Both the position numbers and the translations under genes were made by a program. The notes beneath the pieces were generated by a model, which saw only the letters and a program-made list of their open reading frames with translations, ran no database searches and was not told the origin of the DNA. A stretch of DNA of 64,000 nt from Pristiophorus japonicus (lineage: Eukaryota): NCBI RefSeq assembly GCF_044704955.1, contig NC_091999.1:13826001-13890000 (forward strand), in the 5' to 3' direction. The first letter of the stretch is position 1. Each line of letters opens with the position of its first letter. Below are positions 58,588 to 64,000 of this stretch, one piece after another.

Positions 58588-58868
58588 TAACACCGTCTCA
58601 CCCCACCCTCTACGCCCTGCTCTCCTCCTGTGAACAACCCAGTACGGCTGTTTGGCGATGGACTACTCCCCCGACATCACCAGCCTTTCCTGGAAGAAAG
58701 ATAAAGAGCCGATCACCACTGGATTGAAGACCTACCCATCAGTGCTCAACAAGAAGGGAACCTACACCCTGAGCAGCCAGTTAACCATCACCGAGTCAGA
58801 GGTGGGGAGCAGCACAATCTACTGCGAGGTTCGACGTTGTGGGTCGGTGTGGAACATCAGAATGCCAG
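58588..58868 (+). pseudogene. IGHM: IgM CH1 exon (frameshifted)
   Basis: Acceptor ttcccAG at 58586-58587. Reads [18 protein letters not shown], then a deletion/frameshift at ~58643, then [75 protein letters not shown]. Donor GTTAGT at 58869. Confidence 0.92.
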
Positions 58869-58875
58869 GTTAGTG

Positions 58876-59055
58876 GTGTGGGATACAGGGCAAACTGAAA
58901 AGGTGAGAAATTATGTTCAACTTGTATGGAAACTTAGTTAGACCACACTTAGAATATTATGCACGGTTCTGGTCTCCATATCATACTTTGAATATTATGC
59001 ACGGTTCTGGTCTGCATGTTACACTGTGAATACTATGCACAGTCTGGTCTCTCTA
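58876..59055 (+). mobile_element. CR1-derived 180-bp insertion flanked by a 15-bp direct repeat
   Basis: Encodes [25 protein letters not shown], similar to CR1 [24 protein letters not shown]. Contains three 38-bp-period copies of gaatattatgcacggttctggtct and is flanked by AATGCCAGGTTAGTG at 58861-58875 and 59056-59070. Confidence 0.75.
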
Positions 59056-59169
59056 AATGCCAGGTTAGTGTTAGAATTACAGCAAAGAACCTGTTAAAAC
59101 ATAAGGACACTTTGCATTGTTTAATCATTGATTTTGCAAGCAATGGCAAGAATATGTCTTCTCTTGAAG

Positions 59170-59465
59170 ATTCTGAATGGGACATCGTTCCTCCAACTGT
59201 TCTCCTCACGCTGTGTTCCACTGAACAAATCACCAACAGCAGATATGCAAGCGCCGTGTGTTCAATCATCGATTTCCGGCCAAAGTCACCGTGAATTGGC
59301 TGAAGAGTGGACAACTCCTGGATTCGGGATTCATCACCGCTCCCGTCTTTGAGGTGAACGGGAACTTCTCGGCGTCCAGTCGGCTGATAGTCCCCGAGGA
59401 ATGGTTCACCGGCTCAGTCTACACCTGCCGGGTCATGCAAAGCCATAACTTCAGCAGATCTCAGG
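59170..59465 (+). pseudogene. IGHM: IgM CH2 exon (frameshifted, donor mutated)
   Basis: Acceptor AG at 59168-59169. Reads [39 protein letters not shown], frameshifts at ~59288, then [49 protein letters not shown]. The expected donor position reads ATAAG instead of GTAAG (59466). Confidence 0.88.
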
Positions 59466-59489
59466 ATAAGAGGCACAATCCGGGAGGTT

Positions 59490-59786
59490 CATAGAAATAT
59501 AGAAACATAGAAAATAGGTGCAGGAGTGGGCCATTCGTCCCTTCGAACCTGCACCACCATTCAATAAGATCATGGCTGATCATTCACCTCAGTACCCCTT
59601 TCCTGCTTTCTCTCCATACCCCTTGATCCCTTTAGCCGCAAGGACCATATCTAACACCCTCTTGAATGTGTCCAATGAACTGGCATCAACAACTCTCTGT
59701 GGCAGGGAATTCCACAGGTCAACAACTCTCTGAATGAAGAAGTTTCTCCTCATCTCAGTCCTAAATGGCTTACCCCTTATCCAGAC
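59490..59786 (-). mobile_element. CR1 LINE 3' fragment (related subfamily)
   Basis: atagaaatatagaaacatag tail; ORF 59589-59789 encodes IRGKPFRTEMRRNFFIQRVVDLWNSLP. Confidence 0.93.
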
Positions 59787-59887
59787 CATTCTGAGCGCTG
59801 ATCTCAGTCAGGACTTTTATTGGAATTAGTAAAAAGCACAGAACTATTCCTAATTTCCAATCATGCAGTTTGTGTATTCTTGCGATA

Positions 59888-60313
59888 CAAACTTGCCTTT
59901 ATACAGCGCTTTCAGCGACCACAGACTGAATCAAAGCGCTTTCCAGCCAATTAATTAAGTTGTGAAATGTGGTTACAGTTGTAATGTACAAAGTACAGCA
60001 GTCATTTAGTGCACATAAGCTCTCACAAACAGCAGTGTGATAATGACCAGATTTTCTTTGTTTCGTGATGTTTTTTGAGGGATTAATATTCCCAGGCCAC
60101 CAGGGAGAACTCCTCTGCTTTTCATTGAAATAATTCCAGTGGATCTTTTACCTCCACCTGAGAGACCAGACGGATCCTCGGTTTAACACGTGATCTGACA
60201 GACGGTACCTCCGATAGTGCACCACACCCCCAGTACTGCACTGGGAGACTCAGCTTACATTTTGTGATCAAGTATCTGGAGTGGGAATTCAACCCACGAT
60301 CTTCTGGTTCAGG
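59888..60313 (-). mobile_element. Diverged tRNA-headed DeuSINE (SacSINE1/AmnSINE1-like)
   Basis: The minus strand has a B-box-like GGGTTGAATTCC, then a Deu-domain-like GGAGGTACCGTCTGTCAGAT...TTAAACCGAGG...CAGGTGGAGGTAAAAGATCC...GAGGAGTTCTCCCTGG, and a tail AAAGCGCTTTG...GAAAGCGCTGTATAAAGGCAAG. Identified from recall of the DeuSINE consensus. Confidence 0.75.
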
Positions 60314-60504
60314 ATTCTTCATTGTTCAGGATTTATTAACCTCGCCAAAGAAGCTTTCCCCTGCTCTGATGTCAGGCAGTGAGTGAAGTGTCCTTAGTCT
60401 CAGGTTTATCCTGAGTTGGCTAATCATATACAGAGCGGCAGTAGGAGTCTGGATTCCATTCCTGCTAACTGTCCAGGAACCCTGCTAGAATGGGCATCTA
60501 CCCT

Positions 60505-61018
60505 ATTCAGAGCACTGAGCCCAATTCTGGGCTCCGCACCTTAGGAAGGATATACGTGGAGGCGCAAAACTGCAGCTTTACCCGAATTAAACCGGGGCTA
60601 ATAATGTAAAATGATCAGGAGACGAGTATAGAATGTTAAGAGGGGATCCAATTGACATGTTTAAGTTGAGAAATGACATTGATCGAGCAGATATAGAAAA
60701 AATTTATTTGTTTTGTTGGGAGAGTCCAGAACAAGTAGCATAACTTTAAAATTAGAGTTAGGCCGTGCAGAGGTGATATCAGGAAGGATTTCTTCACAGG
60801 AAGAATAATGCAAGTCGGGATTTCCCTCCCCAAAAGCTGCTGACCCTGGGTTTCATTTGAAAATTTAAAAGCAGAGAATGAGAGATTTTTGTTAGGCAAG
60901 ATTATCAAGGGTTACATAACCAAGGCGGGAAGATGGTGTTGAGTGTTGATCAGCCATGATCTAACTGGATGGTGGGACAGGATGGATGGGCTGAATGGCC
61001 TCCTCCTGTTCCTATGTT
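60505..61018 (+). mobile_element. Old, degraded CR1 3' fragment
   Basis: caattctgggctccgcaccttaggaagga (QFWAPHLRK-like), gagtccagaacaag, aggaaggatttcttcacag, ending gggctgaatggcctcctcctgttcctatgtt. Confidence 0.75.
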
Positions 61019-61726
61019 GCTATTAATGCCCTGGGATCATATTTCATTCCGACTCTCTCTCACTAGACATGATAAATGTTCAGTAATTACAGAAATTAAC
61101 AAACTACCTCACATCATTACAAATGATGCCCAACCACAAAAGACTCCTTGGAACTCATTCTCCCGACCTTGCACTTCTGCTCTGACGGGGGTTGTGACTG
61201 GTTCCTGCACATTTTCACCCCAACAAATATCGCAGCAAGATATCAGAAACTTAACTTTGTTTCCTGCAGCCCCAAAATTCCTGAAATGCATTTGACACTG
61301 GTTTTGAACCAGTATAATGCTGGTGTAGACCTCTTGAACTTCGGGCTATTCGGGCTTCAGCTATTATAACCAGCAGAGATGCATTTGGGTGAAAGGAACT
61401 ATAGACGGGCGTAAAATAGCAAGGGATTTCAGGAAGAGCACTATTCAGTGCCTAACACAATTGCGCCCCAATGTATTCCCATTTTACACCAGGTCTTTGC
61501 TTCAGAGCCCATTACAGGTGGCTCTGGCTGCAAATACACAGGAAATGTTACAGATCTCCTGGAATTGTTTCCAATTCATTGCCCTTCCAATAACGACGGT
61601 GTTTAAGCAACAGCGGGAGGTAGATATCTCAAAAGTGATTTGTTCCCCTTGAAAGAGTTAAAGCTAAATATTGGTGTCGTGATTCTGAAGATGTAGCTTT
61701 TCCTGACGTTCATTCCTGTTTCGCAG

Positions 61727-62035
61727 TGGATGTCCCATGCAGCGATTCAAAAATCACTCTTCGCCCACCGTCACTGGAACAGGTCCTACTGGAGGCGACG
61801 GTGACCTTAACCTGCATCGTGTCTGATGCTCCTTATGGGCTCACCGTATCCTGGACCTGAGAAAAGGAGGCTTTGAAATCAGAGATTGCCGTTCAACTGG
61901 GAGAGGATCCCAACAGCGTGATCAGCAACTTAAACATCTCGACACAAGACTGGCTGAGTGGGGATAAGTTCTACTGCATGGTGAGCCATCAGGATATGCC
62001 GACTCCTCTCAGAGATTCCATCCACAAGGAAAAGA
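61727..62035 (+). pseudogene. IGHM: IgM CH3 exon (in-frame stop)
   Basis: Acceptor cgcAG at 61725-61726. Reads [101 protein letters not shown], with TGA at 61858-61860. Donor GTGAG at 62036. Confidence 0.92.
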
Positions 62036-62184
62036 GTGAGCAGGGAGATTGTTGCAATAAGTGAGACACTGCGATTATTTCCGGTGCATGTGCAAGGGCC
62101 AATTCATCATATAAAGTGTTTAATGGGCTACTCTGATCATTCAGTTTGGTAATTCCACGAACTCAGCACTCTGGGACCTGACAT

Positions 62185-62325
62185 TATGCATTTTAGGGGA
62201 AAATGGATAAGTCCATGAGCAAGATAGAAATAGCAGAGTATGTGAGCTCAGAGGTGGCGTGTGTGCAGCATAAACACCGGCATAGTTGGCTAAATCTCCT
62301 CGTTCTGTGCAGTAAATTCTATGTC
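62185..62325 (+). mobile_element. Degraded CR1-like 3' tail fragment
   Basis: gcattttaggggaaaatggataag...gcataaacaccggcatagttggctaaat...ttctgtgcagtaaattctatgt resembles CR1 3' ends. Confidence 0.5.
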
Positions 62326-62900
62326 ATTTTCCAGTCCAACCCTTCAAGATTTCAGAGAGAAAGATTACGTTCCCTCTGCTAAGGGATGGAAAACCAGAGA
62401 GGCCCCAGAGGGGAAAAGCAAAAGCGTTAAAATTGAATGCAGAGTCCATTTCTCTCACATCTAACCACCTGAAATTGGCTGAATTTGAATGGGGAAGTCT
62501 CACAGGCCACCCGGGAGAACGGGAGGATTCGAAGCCGAGTGAGGAGGTCTCGGATCGCGGGGGGTGGGTTAGGTAGGGACCCTGGATCCAGGGGCAATTG
62601 CCACCTGGGTGAAGCAGTCCCCGCCTCGCTGTAACTGCTGGGATTTACACAGTGTGTCAAACCGGACCAGCGACAGTTAAACACCAAATGGAGGTTAAAA
62701 TAGAGGATTCCAGACTCATTTAATTATATTACTCAAATATAATGTTACAACCGGGAGTGGGCGAGTTGAGGTCGGGATTCCGATTTTTAACAATTTAACC
62801 ACCCTCTCGTCCACAACACACCCGCTGTATTCGATTAATATTCCCCCCATTGTCTCTGGAACTGTCCAGTTCATTGGCCTTTATTGTAACTGTTCTACAG

Positions 62901-63292
62901 CGAAAGATCAGCGGGAACCAGCCGTGTCTGTCCTCCTGCCCTCGGTAGAAGAAGTCTCCGCTCAGAGGTTGGTCAGCCTCACCTGCTTAGTGACAGGTTT
63001 CTCCCCCCGAGAGATCTTCGTCAAATGGACCGTCAATGACAAGCCGGTGGATTCCGGCAACTACAAGAACACCGAGGTGATGGCGGAGAACGGCAGCAGA
63101 TCCTTCTTCATGTACAGCCTGCAATCCATTGCAGCCGAGGAGTGGGCCAGCGGCGCTTCTTATTCCTGTGTGGTGGGACATGAAGTGATTCCCTTGAAGA
63201 TCATCAACAGAACCGTCAATAAATCCAGTGGTAAACCCAGTTTTGTGAACATTTCCCTTGTTCTGATGGACACCATCAATTCTTGTCAATGA
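62901..63292 (+). pseudogene. IGHM: IgM CH4 exon with secretory tailpiece (open frame)
   Basis: Acceptor ctacAG at 62899-62900. Reads [43 protein letters not shown]...[44 protein letters not shown], with the tailpiece NIS sequon and penultimate Cys. The internal donor G|GTAAAC at 63231 would serve the membrane form. Confidence 0.95.
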
Positions 63293-63320
63293 GAATCTCT
63301 CGATTGCATTTCAGTTCTTA

Positions 63321-63336
63321 AATAAAAACCAATAAA
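63321..63336 (+). terminator. Tandem polyadenylation signals for secretory IgM
   Basis: AATAAA at 63321-63326 and 63331-63336, about 30-40 nt after the stop codon. Confidence 0.8.
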
Positions 63337-64000
63337 GTGCTTTTCTCCCGAACGTGAGTTAAACACACAGCCGCTCAATTAATTATATTTCCTATTTTTG
63401 CCAATGTGAGGGCTGTTTATCTGAAGTAGGGTGTTTGCGAGTCTCGGGTCCAAGGCTTATGCAGCCAGCGCTCCCAGCTCAGATACAGCATGGGTTAGAG
63501 ACTGGGTGAATGAAGTTCTCTCATTACAGGATTCCTGAAAGTAACTTCAGCAGAGAGAGAGTAAAGGGTAATTTTAACTCACTGTACCTCTCACACCCAC
63601 CAGCGAGAGGGGAACGGGAAATGTGTAATTCACGTAACCCCCACTGCCCCTCCCGCAGGGAGATGGGAAGTGAACCACTCTCTTTTAAATGGACTAAGTT
63701 GCCATCAGTACAATGTCACATTCTAACCCATGGTCTAAAGATTTTAAACTTGCCATATGAATATTATATTCTGAAATAACTATTTATTCCGCGTAATATT
63801 TTTAAATAGTGTTGGGGGTGCAACAGTCCCTGTTAATTGTAAACTAACATGCTGAATTCAATGGGCCATATCTAAACTGGTGATTGTATCCTCTGTGGGT
63901 TTCTCACAGTTGTGTCCCTGATGTTTCTGACGCCCATCGGTTGAATTGTTGCAATCCTTCAGCTGACGTCACATTGCGTCTCACACAGAACACATTTACA

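Larger units (their letters stand above)
58588..63292 (+). pseudogene. IGHM: Immunoglobulin M heavy-chain constant region (CH1-CH4, secretory form), pseudogene, no V/D/J in window
   Basis: Four phase-1 Ig C1-set exons closely resemble shark IgM as I recall it (e.g. horn shark TPSPPTLY..., [54 protein letters not shown]...NSCQ). CH1, CH2 and CH3 carry disabling lesions. Confidence 0.92.

Noticed and set aside
59022-59028. Perfect reverse heptamer CACTGTG in the CH1-CH2 intron
   Set aside because: There is no nonamer at 12 or 23 bp and no J-like coding sequence follows. It lies inside the CR1-derived tandem.
60969-61652. ORFs of 60-108 aa in the CH2-CH3 intron as a possible extra Ig or hinge exon
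   Set aside because: No Cys-Trp-Cys Ig pattern and no convincing splice-site pair.
62400-62850. CpG-containing segment in the CH3-CH4 intron, possibly a MITE (similar hint at 61387-61470)
   Set aside because: I could not define convincing terminal inverted repeats or a TSD by eye; it needs a repeat-library search.
58588-63292. IgNAR or IgW identity, or a functional IgM gene
   Set aside because: The four C domains and the [10 protein letters not shown]...NSCQ tail fit shark IgM. Frameshifts, a stop codon and a lost donor exclude an intact gene.

Overview
This is eukaryotic DNA, almost certainly from a cartilaginous fish (shark). About 48 kb (1-8713, 11229-32683, 35080-53000) is one satellite. 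Its monomer is CACACTG-ACCTGGTGATTT-(AC)n, about 22-32 bp, and it is organised into nested higher-order duplications. A cassette occurs twice, 44.3 kb apart and about 99% identical in its non-CA part: [67-bp satellite + CR1 tail + CpG-rich YY1/NRF1-type promoter-like block + 52-bp tandem carrying GTGAGT donors + C-rich CAACCTAACCGAGACCCC minisatellite]. Two young, 5'-truncated CR1 LINE copies (32.7-35.1 kb minus; 56.9-58.3 kb plus) are present, along with older CR1, RTE and DeuSINE fragments. The last 5.5 kb holds an immunoglobulin M heavy-chain constant region (CH1-CH4 plus secretory tail). It is a pseudogene: CH1 and CH2 are frameshifted, the CH2 donor is lost and CH3 has a stop. No V, D or J segment is visible in the 58 kb upstream. 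The most striking observation is that the satellite monomer has the geometry of a V(D)J 12-RSS: heptamer CACACTG/CACAGTG, an almost invariant 12-bp spacer, then nonamer ACACACACA/ACACAAACA. Roughly 1,800 such units (estimated from length) sit where the V-D-D-J part of a shark IgH cluster would be. This is a hypothesis that needs testing. The hundreds of Cys/Val- or His/Thr-rich ORFs in the ORF track are repeat artefacts.
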